A stretch of DNA of 64,000 bases, from NCBI GenBank assembly GCA_965248575.1, contig CBDFJQ010000002.1, positions 2,944,001 through 3,008,000 on the forward strand, in the 5' to 3' direction. A program made the translations under genes and the position numbers. The stretch is from Planctomycetota bacterium. Lineage in GTDB: Bacteria > Planctomycetota > B15-G4. Positions 17,970 to 27,342 of this stretch are shown here, one piece after another. Position 1 is the stretch's first letter; the number at the start of each line of letters is the position of its first letter. The notes below the pieces were generated by a model. The model was not told the DNA's origin. It worked only from the letters and a program-made list of their open reading frames with translations, and made no database searches.

Positions 17970-19457
17970 TCACACGCGCACGTCGCCTGTGAGTCCCGCG
18001 ATCGCCGCTTCGGAACCTGCGAGCAGGGCCGCCACCTCGTCGGCCAGGAACTCATCCACCTGCTCGGCGGCCCGTCCCACGAAGCGCCGGGAGTCGCAGA
18101 GCTCGTCCAGGTCTTCGCGAACCGACTCGAACAAGCTGTCCGTGCGCAGGCGCTCGAGCATGTCGTTGTCCAGGCCCTCGACCTTGACCAAGGCGCCGGC
18201 AGCCACGCTGTGCTTGCGAATCGCCTCGTGCAGGGTCTGTCGATCGCCGCCTCGGCGCACCGCCTCCATCAGGATGGTCTCGGAAGCCATGAACGGTAGC
18301 TCTGAAGCCAGCCGCCGACCAATCACCTTCGGGAAGACCAGGAGACCGCCCGAGATGTTCAGCAACAGCTGGAGGATGGCGTCCGCAGCCAGGAAGGCCT
18401 GAGAGGTCGCCAGCCGCCGGTTCGCCGAATCGTCGAGGGTGCGCTCGAACCACTGGGTGGCCGCCGTCTCCGCCGGGTTCAGCAGCAGGCTCTGCACGAA
18501 GCGCGCCAGGGCACAGACCCGCTCACTGCGCATGGGGTTGCGCTTGTAGGGCATGGCGGAGCTGCCGATCTGGCTCGCCTCATAGGGCTCCTCCACCTCC
18601 TTGAGGTGTGCCAGCAGCCGCAGGTCGGTGGCCATCTTGGACGCGCTCTGCGCCAGCCCTGCCAGGGCCGAGAGCACCGTGAAGTCCGCCTTCCTTGTGT
18701 AGGTCTGGCCGGTGACCGCCCAGCTCTTCGAGAACCCCATTCGCTTGGTGACCATCGCGTCCAACTTGCGCACGGCCTCGTGATCCCCGTCGAACAGAGC
18801 CAGATAGCTGGCCTGCGTTCCCGTCGTGCCTTTCACGCCGCGGAACCGCAAGCCATCCCGAACCGCCTGGAGCGCGTGGGCATCCTCCACCAGATCCTGG
18901 ATCCAGAGGCAGGCCCGCTTGCCCACCGTCGTCGGTTGGGCCGGCTGGAAGTGGGTGAACCCCAGGGTGGGCAGGTCCTTGTGCTTGCGCGCAAACTCAG
19001 ACAGGGACGCAATGGTCGCCAGCAGCATGGGCTGCAGGACATCCAGCCCATCGCGCATCTGCATCAGTTCACTGTTGTCGGTCACGAAGCAGCTCGTGGC
19101 GCCCAGATGAATGATGGGGCGGGCCGCGGGGGCCTGATCCCCAAGGGCGTGGATGTGGGCCATCACGTCATGCCGCAGCTCGCGCTCATAGGCCCCGGCC
19201 GACGTGTAGTCGATGTCGTCCTGGTGGGCGCGCAGCGCCGCAATCTGCTCGTCGGTGATGGCCAGGCCCAGCTCCTTCTCGCTCTCGGCCAGGGCCAGCC
19301 ACAGCCGACGCCAGTGCCGGTGGCGTGTGGCATCGGAAAAGTTCCGACGCATGGCCTCGCTCGCATAGCGCGACGCCAGCGGCGAACTCCAGGTCTCGTG
19401 AGCTTCGTTGACGGCCGCAGCCGAAGGCGAGGGGGTGCTGTCTTGGGTGCTGTTCAT
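17970..19457 (-). CDS. purB: Adenylosuccinate lyase
   Basis: RHDVMAH, HLGATS, GFTHFQPAQ and signature SSAMPYKRNP. Confidence 0.96.
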   Translation of the reverse strand: MNSTQDSTPSPSAAAVNEAHETWSSPLASRYASEAMRRNFSDATRHRHWRRLWLALAESEKELGLAITDEQIAALRAHQDDIDYTSAGAYERELRHDVMAHIHALGDQAPAARPIIHLGATSCFVTDNSELMQMRDGLDVLQPMLLATIASLSEFARKHKDLPTLGFTHFQPAQPTTVGKRACLWIQDLVEDAHALQAVRDGLRFRGVKGTTGTQASYLALFDGDHEAVRKLDAMVTKRMGFSKSWAVTGQTYTRKADFTVLSALAGLAQSASKMATDLRLLAHLKEVEEPYEASQIGSSAMPYKRNPMRSERVCALARFVQSLLLNPAETAATQWFERTLDDSANRRLATSQAFLAADAILQLLLNISGGLLVFPKVIGRRLASELPFMASETILMEAVRRGGDRQTLHEAIRKHSVAAGALVKVEGLDNDMLERLRTDSLFESVREDLDELCDSRRFVGRAAEQVDEFLADEVAALLAGSEAAIAGLTGDVRV

Positions 19458-19497
19458 CGCGGCACGATAGCAGCCCGCCCGGAAGGGCCGAAAGCGG

Positions 19498-19944
19498 TCA
19501 CGCCAAGGTGTCGCCCAAGGCGCTCAGCAAGGCGGCTCCGAGCACCCAAAGCGCCCGCTGCCGACGCCGCTCCCCACCCGCCAACACCCAGGGCAGGCCA
19601 AAGGCCCCGATGGCATTGGTCAACATGTCGATCCAGGAGGAGCTGCGCCCCTCGATGAATCCCTGGCGCCATTCGAGCACCCCCGAATAGGCGAGGGCCA
19701 GAATCGAAGCCATGACGGGAACACCCGCTTGACCCAGGCGCCCCGCCGGCCGCAGCACCCACCCCCACAGCAGGGCTTCCAGCGCGAAGATCACGGCATG
19801 CCCCAGGTTGAAGACGAAGCTGCTGCCGGGGAACAGGGGCGCCGTATCGCTGCGGGTGGACGTCAGGGCCCACCAGATCACGGCGCTCCAGGCGAGCAGG
19901 ATGGCGAGCCGCAACCCCCACCGTGCCTGGCCCGACTCCCCCAT
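19498..19944 (-). CDS. VanZ family membrane protein
   Basis: HAVIF, EWRQGFIEGRSSSWIDMLTNAIG motif. Confidence 0.8.
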   Translation of the reverse strand: MGESGQARWGLRLAILLAWSAVIWWALTSTRSDTAPLFPGSSFVFNLGHAVIFALEALLWGWVLRPAGRLGQAGVPVMASILALAYSGVLEWRQGFIEGRSSSWIDMLTNAIGAFGLPWVLAGGERRRQRALWVLGAALLSALGDTLA

Positions 19945-19958
19945 GCCCCGCTTGTCGC

Positions 19959-20381
19959 TCAGAGCTCCAGGTCCAGCCGACGCATCATGGAGACCCGGGT
20001 GCCGCCGTCAGGGTAGGACTTCACCTTCACGTAGTGCATGAGCTTGTTCATGAGGGCAAAGCCCCGCCCACGCTCCGCCGTCTGGGCCGGAACGATGTCC
20101 GTGCCCAGCGGGGATCGATCCGATCCGCTGTCGCGCAACGACACGAGAATGAAGCGGGGCGTGTAACGCATCTTCACGCTGACCGTTCCATTCTGGAGCC
20201 CCAAGCCATGCTCCACGGCGTTGTCGAGGGCTTCGGAGAACGCGAGCACCACGGCTCGTTCCACGGTCTCATCAATGTTGCGGTCGCGCAGGAAGGAAGA
20301 GAGGGCACCACGCAATCCACGCACCGGTTCAGGGCTGCCGTCCACCACCATGGTTCGATGCATGGACGAGCCGTCGCTCAT
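19959..20381 (-). CDS. RsbW-like anti-sigma factor / HATPase_c protein
   Basis: EALDNAVEHG (N box), DSG, GRGF; ATGA overlap with nadC. Confidence 0.85.
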   Translation of the reverse strand: MSDGSSMHRTMVVDGSPEPVRGLRGALSSFLRDRNIDETVERAVVLAFSEALDNAVEHGLGLQNGTVSVKMRYTPRFILVSLRDSGSDRSPLGTDIVPAQTAERGRGFALMNKLMHYVKVKSYPDGGTRVSMMRRLDLEL

Positions 20382-21250
20382 GCTGCATCCGCCTCGAGCA
20401 ACATGGAGAGATCGAGGGCGGGGGCCGAGTGGGTCAGGGCTCCGACTGAAATGCGGTCCACGCCCGTGGCCGCCACCTGTGCCACGTTCTCAAGTGTGAT
20501 ACCACCGCTCGCCTCCAGCTCGAACTGGGCGCGGCGGGGATGCTCACCGAGCACCCGCACGGCTTCCACCAATTGAGCACAGCTGAAGTTGTCCAGGAGG
20601 ATGGCGTCCGCCCCGCCGTGCGCTTCGGCGACGGCTTCGGCCAGATCCCGCGCCTCGGCGGTGAGGCGCATGCCTGCTGGTGCCTCCTTGCGCACGCGGG
20701 CCACGAGCTCCTGGTGGCTCAGGCCGTCGGACATCTCGAAGTGGTTCTCTTTCAGCAGGACCTCGTCGTAAAGACCGATGCGATGGTTCACGCCCCCACC
20801 GTGCAGGACGGCATCCTTCTCCAGCGAGCGCCAGCCGGGTGTCGTCTTGCGGGTGTCCACGATGCGCGCCCGGGTCCCGTCGGCCTGCTGCACGAATTGG
20901 AATGTGAGGGTGGCCACACCGGAGAGACGGCCCAGGAAGTTGAGGGCCGTGCGCTCCGCTTCCAACAGGGAGGCAGATGGGCCGCTCGCCTCCAGGACGA
21001 GGTCCCCCGGCTGCACCACGTCGCCGTCCTTCTTCAGCAAGGTGCATGTGACCGAAGCATCCACCCGCGCAAAGACCTCCCGAGCCAGCTCGACACCCGA
21101 GAGCACGCCGGTGGCCTTGGCCACCACGCGAGCACGCGCAGGGGGTCCGCGACCGCTCACCGTGAGCGCCGTGGTGACATCACCCGTGTCAGCGAGGTCC
21201 TCCAGCAAGGCAGCACTGAGCAGTTCGGAAACAGAGCGAGGGAGAGGCAT
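20378..21250 (-). CDS. nadC: Nicotinate-nucleotide pyrophosphorylase (quinolinate phosphoribosyltransferase)
   Basis: ERTALN, DTRKTTPG, HRIGLYD, ILLDNF, EASGGI; start at MPLPRS. Confidence 0.95.
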   Translation of the reverse strand: MPLPRSVSELLSAALLEDLADTGDVTTALTVSGRGPPARARVVAKATGVLSGVELAREVFARVDASVTCTLLKKDGDVVQPGDLVLEASGPSASLLEAERTALNFLGRLSGVATLTFQFVQQADGTRARIVDTRKTTPGWRSLEKDAVLHGGGVNHRIGLYDEVLLKENHFEMSDGLSHQELVARVRKEAPAGMRLTAEARDLAEAVAEAHGGADAILLDNFSCAQLVEAVRVLGEHPRRAQFELEASGGITLENVAQVAATGVDRISVGALTHSAPALDLSMLLEADAA

Positions 21251-21393
21251 GAAGAAGCGGCTGTCCGAGGTGGGAACTGAACTGAAGAGGAGATAAGGCA
21301 GGGGCCTGACGAGGCGCCGAGGGCTGTCGGCGCATCGAGCTGGAGCCTCCGGCGCAGCGCGCCGGCCCAAGATGCTATCGCAGCGCGTTTTTC

Positions 21394-21735
21394 TCAGCGA
21401 GAACGCATCTGCTCCCATCGTGAGAGCAGGCTGGGGCCGACCCCCCTCACCGCCGCCGCGGCCTCCCTGTCCAGGACGCCTCCCGCAGCCACTCGGGCGG
21501 CCTCCAGGCGCACGGCCAGCACGGGGCCGACGCCGGGCAAGAGCCGGAAGCCCGGCCCCTGGAGCTCCTCCAGCCGGAGCTCCAGGGGCACCCCCACCTC
21601 CCGGGCGGAAAGCCGTTCCGAGGGTCCCCAAGCGTGCAGGACCAGGGCGACGAACCCGAGCACGAAGACCCCTCTGCCCGGATCGCCGGCACGACTGCCG
21701 CCCCAACTCCCGGATCGGCTCATCGTCGGGCTCAT
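21394..21735 (-). CDS. ComEA-like helix-hairpin-helix DNA-binding protein
   Basis: N-terminal TM; two HhH motifs LPGVGP and VRGVGP. Confidence 0.7.
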   Translation of the reverse strand: MSPTMSRSGSWGGSRAGDPGRGVFVLGFVALVLHAWGPSERLSAREVGVPLELRLEELQGPGFRLLPGVGPVLAVRLEAARVAAGGVLDREAAAAVRGVGPSLLSRWEQMRSR

Positions 21736-21815
21736 GCCTGCATGACGGCCGCAAGCCGCAGCCGTCACCTCGACGCTCGCAGCCCAGCTCCCGGGCACAG
21801 CCCGAGCAGGGGCCT

Positions 21816-22793
21816 CTAGAGCGCTTCGTCCAAACCCTGGAAGTACTTGTCGAACAAAGCGTTGAGCGCGTGGTTCAGGCTCAGCTCGTCCGTGACGGAG
21901 TAGTCGGCCTCGGGCCCGTCGGCACCGTCCAGCTGCAGCATGACCGAGGTCGTGCCCTGCTCGTGCCGCAGGGTGGCCAGCGGACTGCCGTCCACGAGAA
22001 ACACCACCTCATCCCCATCGTCCTGCTCGGAGACCTGCTCGGAGAGGCACACGATGGACAGCCGCGCCCGGTCCATGAGCACATCCCAGTCGAGCGCCTC
22101 AGCCGCGCTGGGCTCCAGATCGAGACCCTGGTGGCCATCCGCCTCCTGATCGGCACCGACTGACCTCCTGCCGCTCACCCGATCCGTCAGCCTTGGGCTT
22201 GGGCCAGGGGGTGATGCCGTGCGGCCCGCCCCCCCGTCAGGCAGCAGACCCGGAAGCGGTGCGAGGTGCAGGATCAACTCCCCCTCGGGCGTGGGAACGA
22301 GCCGGTACTCCTGGGCTGCCACGGACACACCACCTGCCAAGAGTCCGAGCAGCGCCGGCATTTCATCCGAGAATCGTTCGGCGAGGAGCAGGACGTGTGG
22401 GGGGCGCTCGCTGTTGAGCCCGCCCGACACAAAGGCCCTGTCGAGCAAGCCTGCGCCCCGTCGGAAGGCCGCGAGAACCTGACCCACCCGTCCCAGTTCC
22501 GCCGGCTGGCGATGGCCGAGACTGCCACAGAAGAGCACCAGACAGGCCGTACCCAGCTCGTCACACGCCAGGAGTTCGACGCCCAGGGAAGACTCCAGGG
22601 GCAGGTGGGTGTCCAAGACGCGCCAGGGCGGCTGCCCCACACCGGCCAGAGCCTGCGCCAGCGTCGCCTCGCCCTCGGCCAGGAGCTGCACCGCCTCCTC
22701 GAAAGGCGAAGCGCCGCCTACGTGGCCCCCTTCCCCGGCGTTTCGTAAAACAACCGAGCGGTTTTGATCCCCTGCGTTGGTTTCGTCAACCAT
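21816..22793 (-). CDS. Hypothetical protein: degenerate NucS/PD-(D/E)XK-like domain plus DUF5655-like C-terminus
   Basis: VELLACDELG..LVLF and HVLLLAERF resemble the NucS-like fold; start uncertain. Confidence 0.5.
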   Translation of the reverse strand: MVDETNAGDQNRSVVLRNAGEGGHVGGASPFEEAVQLLAEGEATLAQALAGVGQPPWRVLDTHLPLESSLGVELLACDELGTACLVLFCGSLGHRQPAELGRVGQVLAAFRRGAGLLDRAFVSGGLNSERPPHVLLLAERFSDEMPALLGLLAGGVSVAAQEYRLVPTPEGELILHLAPLPGLLPDGGAGRTASPPGPSPRLTDRVSGRRSVGADQEADGHQGLDLEPSAAEALDWDVLMDRARLSIVCLSEQVSEQDDGDEVVFLVDGSPLATLRHEQGTTSVMLQLDGADGPEADYSVTDELSLNHALNALFDKYFQGLDEAL

Positions 22794-23936
22794 ATGCCCG
22801 ACCTCCTCGCCGAGCTCCGAGCCACCTTTCCCGTGAGGGACCATTGGCTCTACTTCAATCACGCTGCTGTATCACCGTTGTCGAGCCCGGTGGCGAAGGC
22901 CATGCAGGACTTCAGCCGGGATGCCCTGGAGAACGGTTCAGCTCGTTTCCAGGGTTGGTTGGACCGACGTGAATCGGCCCGAACCCAGGCAGCTCACCTG
23001 CTAGGTGGCGCGAAACCCGAGGAAGTGGCCCTGACAACGAGCACCTCTCAAGGGCTCCTTACGGTGGCCGAAGGCCTCCGCATGGCACCAGGAGACGAGA
23101 TCCTGGTGGTCGAGGATGACTTTCCTGCAAATCAAATTCCATGGTTCCGTCAGCGGCGCCGAGGAGCCGAGGTCGTCACGGTCCCCCGCCGGGACGGCCG
23201 GATCCTGACCCAGGACATCCTGGATCGCCTCGGACCCCGTACGCGCCTGGTGTCCCTGCCCTTCGTGCTGTTCGATTCAGGCCAGCGGCTGGACATCGAA
23301 GCCGTCGGCGAGGCGCTCAAGGACCACCCCGCCCTGCTCTGCGTGGACGCGATCCAGGGCCTGGGGGCCTTTCCCCTGGACGTGGAGCGTGCCCAGATCG
23401 ACTTCCTGTCCGCCGACTCCCACAAGTGGATGCTCGGCCTGGAGGGCATCGGGCTCTTCTACTGCCGCCGGGAGCGCCTCGAGGAGCTGGACGAACCCTT
23501 CCAGAGCTGGCTCAGCGTCCAGGACCCCTTCACGCGCTGGTCGCCTGGCAAACCCCGGGTGCAGGATGCCCGGCGCTTCGAGTTCGCCACCCTGCCCACC
23601 ATCGCCATCTTCGGCCTCGACGCCTGTCTGAACCAGTTGCTGAGGACAGGCGTGGATCTCATGGCGTCCCGCATCCTCGAGCTCACCGACCAGCTGGTGG
23701 AGGGTCTTTCGGAACGGGGCTGGAGCATCCGCAGCCCCCGCCAGCTGGACGCCGAGAAGTCCGGCATCGTCTCCGCCACGCCTCCGCTTGGCACTCCGGA
23801 GGAGGCGGTCGCTGCCCTCGAGGCCCAGATGGTGAGCGTGGCGGCGCGCGGTGGCGGGGTGCGCTTCTCGCCCCATGCGTGGAACACGTCCGCCGAGGTG
23901 CTGTCCCTCATGGAGCGGCTGCCATGCCCTGGCTGA
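22794..23936 (+). CDS. Aminotransferase class V / cysteine desulfurase-like PLP enzyme
   Basis: YFNHAAVSP, VDAIQGLG, DSHKWMLG (PLP lysine), RFSPH. Confidence 0.9.
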   Translation: MPDLLAELRATFPVRDHWLYFNHAAVSPLSSPVAKAMQDFSRDALENGSARFQGWLDRRESARTQAAHLLGGAKPEEVALTTSTSQGLLTVAEGLRMAPGDEILVVEDDFPANQIPWFRQRRRGAEVVTVPRRDGRILTQDILDRLGPRTRLVSLPFVLFDSGQRLDIEAVGEALKDHPALLCVDAIQGLGAFPLDVERAQIDFLSADSHKWMLGLEGIGLFYCRRERLEELDEPFQSWLSVQDPFTRWSPGKPRVQDARRFEFATLPTIAIFGLDACLNQLLRTGVDLMASRILELTDQLVEGLSERGWSIRSPRQLDAEKSGIVSATPPLGTPEEAVAALEAQMVSVAARGGGVRFSPHAWNTSAEVLSLMERLPCPG

Positions 23937-24706
23937 TTCTGGCGGGCATGGGCCTGGCGGGCGCGGCGCTCTGGCGCTGGCTCGGGTCCGAGGGCCTGGA
24001 GCCGCTGCGCGAGGACGAGACGAGCCGTTACGGCGTGACCCTGTTCTTCGCCATGATGGTCCTGTCCAACGTGGCGGGCGCCCTCAGCCTGGTCTCCGCC
24101 GGTGGTGCAGAGGGCCTGCGCAGCGCGCCCCTGGAAGATGTGATCAGCGTGCACGCCCTGACCACCGGCCTGTCGGTGCTCTTCGTGTTGGCCGTGGCGA
24201 GTCGCTTCGCGATCCCTCAGAGCAGCCTTGGCTTGCGCCCCCATGTCGGCCCGCCAGCGCCCGCCCTGGCCGCCGCCGCCTGGCTGATGGTCTTCCCCTT
24301 CCTGAGCCTGGCCTCGCTCATCAACCAGTCGCTGATGAACTCGGACTCCGAAGCCCTTCAGGAGTACGTGCTGCGCTTCATGGGAGAGGACGGCGCAGCG
24401 CAGCAACCCGTGGTCTGGGTCTGCATCGTGGTGGCCATTCCCATCGCCGAGGAGATCATCTTCCGAGGCGCCTTCTACGGCGGCCTGCGACGGCTGGTCC
24501 CGCCGGGGGTCGCCATGCTGCTCTCCGGCCTGCTGTTCGGTGTGCTGCACGACGGCGCGGCCGTGCTGCCCGTGGCACTGCTGGGTGTGACCCTGGCCTG
24601 GCTCTACGAACGTACAGGCAGTCTGCTGACCCCCTGCCTCGTTCATTGCCTGCACAATGGGGTCACGCTGCTCATCGCCAGCCAGAACGTGGAGACCGTG
24701 CTCTGA
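23924..24706 (+). CDS. CPBP (CAAX/Abi) family intramembrane metalloprotease
   Basis: EEIIFRG, FGVLH, HCLHN motifs; start at MPWLIL. Confidence 0.9.
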   Translation: MPWLILAGMGLAGAALWRWLGSEGLEPLREDETSRYGVTLFFAMMVLSNVAGALSLVSAGGAEGLRSAPLEDVISVHALTTGLSVLFVLAVASRFAIPQSSLGLRPHVGPPAPALAAAAWLMVFPFLSLASLINQSLMNSDSEALQEYVLRFMGEDGAAQQPVVWVCIVVAIPIAEEIIFRGAFYGGLRRLVPPGVAMLLSGLLFGVLHDGAAVLPVALLGVTLAWLYERTGSLLTPCLVHCLHNGVTLLIASQNVETVL

Positions 24707-25260
24707 TGACACCGGCCGACGACACCGCCCCCCACCACCCCCTCCCCCATGCCCCGCATCTGTTGCCGCGCCCAGCTTCCGGGGGCGAAGCCCTGGTGGC
24801 GCACAACGCCGTAGTGATGGGGGACGTCGAACTCGGGCAAGGCGTGGGCATCTGGTACGGCTGCGTCGTCCGTGGAGATTGTGCTCGCATCGCCGTCGGT
24901 GAGTTCAGCAACGTCCAGGACCTCTCCATGCTTCACGCGGACACGGGGATCCCCAACGAGATCGGTGCCCACGTGACCATCGGCCATGGCGCCGTAGTGC
25001 ATGGACGGCGCGTGGGCGACCTCTGCTTGATCGGCATCGGCGCCATCGTCCTCGGCCGCTCGGAGATCGGTGACGGATGCATCATCGCCGCCGGGACCGT
25101 GGTGAAGGAGGGCGCCATCATCCCTCCCCGGTCCCTCGTGGCCGGCGTGCCCGGCAAGGTCGTCCGCAGCGTGAGCGAGGACGAAGTGCGGGGGCTCAGA
25201 GAGCACGCCCTGTACTATTGGGAGCTGGCCCAGGGCCACCGCCGGCCCCCAGCAGGCTGA
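24706..25260 (+). CDS. Gamma carbonic anhydrase family protein
   Basis: Hexapeptide repeats, VRGD, NVQD and three His ligands; TGATG coupling to the upstream gene. Confidence 0.9.
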   Translation: MTPADDTAPHHPLPHAPHLLPRPASGGEALVAHNAVVMGDVELGQGVGIWYGCVVRGDCARIAVGEFSNVQDLSMLHADTGIPNEIGAHVTIGHGAVVHGRRVGDLCLIGIGAIVLGRSEIGDGCIIAAGTVVKEGAIIPPRSLVAGVPGKVVRSVSEDEVRGLREHALYYWELAQGHRRPPAG

Positions 25261-25318
25261 GGGAACTCGCCTCGGTGCTCACGGGCGGCTCCAAGGGGCT
25301 CAAGGGTCCCGAGCGGCC

Positions 25319-25485
25319 CGGACGATGAGAGCAGGGCGTTCTCACGGGACCTCGACAGCAACCTGGGCAGGATGCGCCGGTTTGGACCTCTTCCGCAGTG
25401 TGGCGGGGGTCCCCAGCCCGAGGCGGGCTAGGGAATGGGCCGGACTTGCTCAGGAACCACACAGGAACAGGCCATGCCATGCCGA
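25319..25485 (+). ncRNA. Candidate structured RNA (6S-like rod with central bubble?)
   Basis: Nested stems 25331-41/25464-77, 25362-70/25446-54, 25377-83/25437-43 plus two apical hairpins; most mismatches read as G-U pairs on the + strand. Confidence 0.35.
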
Positions 25486-25562
25486 CAAGCCGATCTCGCG
25501 CAGGCGATCGCTATGATCACGCCCCACGGCGGCAAGCCGGTGAACTCCAGAACCGCAGGAGA

Positions 25563-25661
25563 TCAGGTCTTGATGTGTGCGCGCTTCCGCTTGCGAGCCT
25601 TCGCGTTGGCTGGGCGCGAGCCGTGATTGGCCTTTTTGACTTTTCTACCTGGCTTGGCCAT
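25563..25661 (-). CDS. 50S ribosomal protein bL37-like (32 aa), below the ORF-track size cutoff
   Basis: MAKPGRKVKKANHGSRPANAKARKRKRAHIKT; KANHGxRP matches the bL37 motif; GGAGG RBS. Confidence 0.85.
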   Translation of the reverse strand: MAKPGRKVKKANHGSRPANAKARKRKRAHIKT

Positions 25662-25757
25662 GACGACCTCCGCTTTGGAGCGTGCGGCGCGCCAAGTCTT
25701 GGCGCTGCCGCGGGGAAAGCCGGGCATCTTAGCGATGAAGGCCCGCTTGCCAACAGG

Positions 25758-27326
25758 GTGCACCCGGAGCTGTTTCTCAAGCTCGTCTTTCGGAAGGCCC
25801 TCGCAGCCGCCGTCCTGCTCTGCAGCCTCCTGGCTGGACCCTTGCTGGCTACCCAGGCCGCTCCTGGGGCCGCTCCTGGGGCCGCTCCTGGGGCCGCTCC
25901 TGGGCCCAGCCCTGGCAGCAGGGCCGGGCAAAAAACAGCGGTCCCCACCCCAGAGGCGGAAGCCGAGCAGGGAGAAATCCAGTCCGCTGAGCAATTCGCG
26001 GAGCTCCTCCAGCAGGCCATCCTGCTGGAGGTCAAGGCCCAGAATCATGAGCGGGCCACCTTGGGTGCCGAGGAGATCGAGCGTTTGGGCGGCATGCTCC
26101 TCAAGCGCCGTCAGCGGATCGACGTCGACAGGCAGGACTTCGAAGGGCGCCTCGAAACGGTGTCCCTCAAGGCACTGAAATTGCCGACGTCGGGCGAGGG
26201 CGACTCCCTCTCCACAAAGGAGCTGCTGGCCCTCTCCAGCCTCGAGATCGCGTACCAGAAGACCCGCAACCCCACCGAGCTCAAGGCCTACATGGCGGGG
26301 AACGAGAAGTTCCTCAGCACGGCGGACTGGGGCGAGCGCACGAAAGCCGTGCGGCAACGCGACGCCATCATCGACCGGGAAGCCGAGCTGCTGCGCATGG
26401 CTGGCGTGGGCCGCGGCATCGTCCGGCGCGAGGTGGAACCGTCCGAGGTGGAGTTCATGATAGTCACCCTGCGGCGCATGGTGCCGCAGTTGCTCGCCAA
26501 ACAGACCGACGTAAACGCCCTGCTGCTCGAGGACGAGGACTTGCGTCAGACGGTGGTCGCCGAAGCGCTGGATTTCTTGAAGACGCCGACCGTGTCCACC
26601 ATCCCCACCGAGGACTCGCGCACCCTGGCAGGGCGCCTGCCCGAGTTGGGATTGGCCCTCGTGGAGGCCTCCAATCTCCGAGAGCTGCGCGAAGAGATGA
26701 CGGTCATCGAGGTGGAGATTGCCGACCTCGATCTGCGCCTGGCAGACCGGGGTGTCAGTTCGCTTTCGCCCACCGAGCGCAAGCAGAAGACGAACCGTTG
26801 GTCAGAGCTGCAGAACCGCCAGTCCATCCTTCAACACCAATGGACGCGCACGCCCCCAGCGGAACCGGAGTTGAGCGGACTACTCACGGCCCAAGACGAG
26901 GTCATCCGGCGCAGCATGTTCGAGCTGGGTCATCGCGGCGCGCTCTTTGCGCACCGCTACGACGCCCAGCTCCAGGACACGGAACTCGACCTGCAAACGC
27001 CCTACAGCACGTGGCAGCTCGTCGAGGAGCAGGCCACCTTGATCAGTGACCTGGAGGAGGCCCGCCCCGACCCCGGCCCCCTGGCGGGCCTGCCACCACG
27101 CCTCGACCCGCGCTACCTCAAGGCCCAGAAAGACCTCATCCTGGCGGTCAAGAGGTCCAGACCGGACCTCTTCCGCCGACTGCCGCCGCCGAGCAAGCCC
27201 AAGAACATCAAGCTCGTCACTCCCAAGGCCTCGGCCATCAAGGCTGCGGCGAAGCAGCCCAGGAAGAAGAAGTCCAGTGGTGGGAGACGGCGGAGTTCCG
27301 GGGGTGGTCGGGGCCGGAGGCGCTAG
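25758..27326 (+). CDS. Secreted coiled-coil hypothetical protein with basic C-terminal tail
   Basis: Signal peptide, (AAPG)4, helical body, K/R/G-rich tail; start uncertain. Confidence 0.7.
   Translation: MHPELFLKLVFRKALAAAVLLCSLLAGPLLATQAAPGAAPGAAPGAAPGPSPGSRAGQKTAVPTPEAEAEQGEIQSAEQFAELLQQAILLEVKAQNHERATLGAEEIERLGGMLLKRRQRIDVDRQDFEGRLETVSLKALKLPTSGEGDSLSTKELLALSSLEIAYQKTRNPTELKAYMAGNEKFLSTADWGERTKAVRQRDAIIDREAELLRMAGVGRGIVRREVEPSEVEFMIVTLRRMVPQLLAKQTDVNALLLEDEDLRQTVVAEALDFLKTPTVSTIPTEDSRTLAGRLPELGLALVEASNLRELREEMTVIEVEIADLDLRLADRGVSSLSPTERKQKTNRWSELQNRQSILQHQWTRTPPAEPELSGLLTAQDEVIRRSMFELGHRGALFAHRYDAQLQDTELDLQTPYSTWQLVEEQATLISDLEEARPDPGPLAGLPPRLDPRYLKAQKDLILAVKRSRPDLFRRLPPPSKPKNIKLVTPKASAIKAAAKQPRKKKSSGGRRRSSGGGRGRRR
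25857..25904 (+). repeat. 12-bp tandem repeat x4 (gccgctcctggg), encoding AAPG
   Basis: Directly visible. Confidence 0.9.
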
Positions 27327-27342
27327 GCATCGCGCCCTGCTC

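Noticed and set aside
21251..21754. N-terminal extension of NadC in the ORF track (similarly for NadA, CPBP, gamma-CA, ThiD)
   Set aside because: Low-complexity read-through overlapping neighbouring genes; family motifs begin at internal starts
25662..26357. 264-aa minus strand ORF
   Set aside because: Only the last 32 codons (bL37-like, with own RBS) look real; the rest is antisense to the + strand gene
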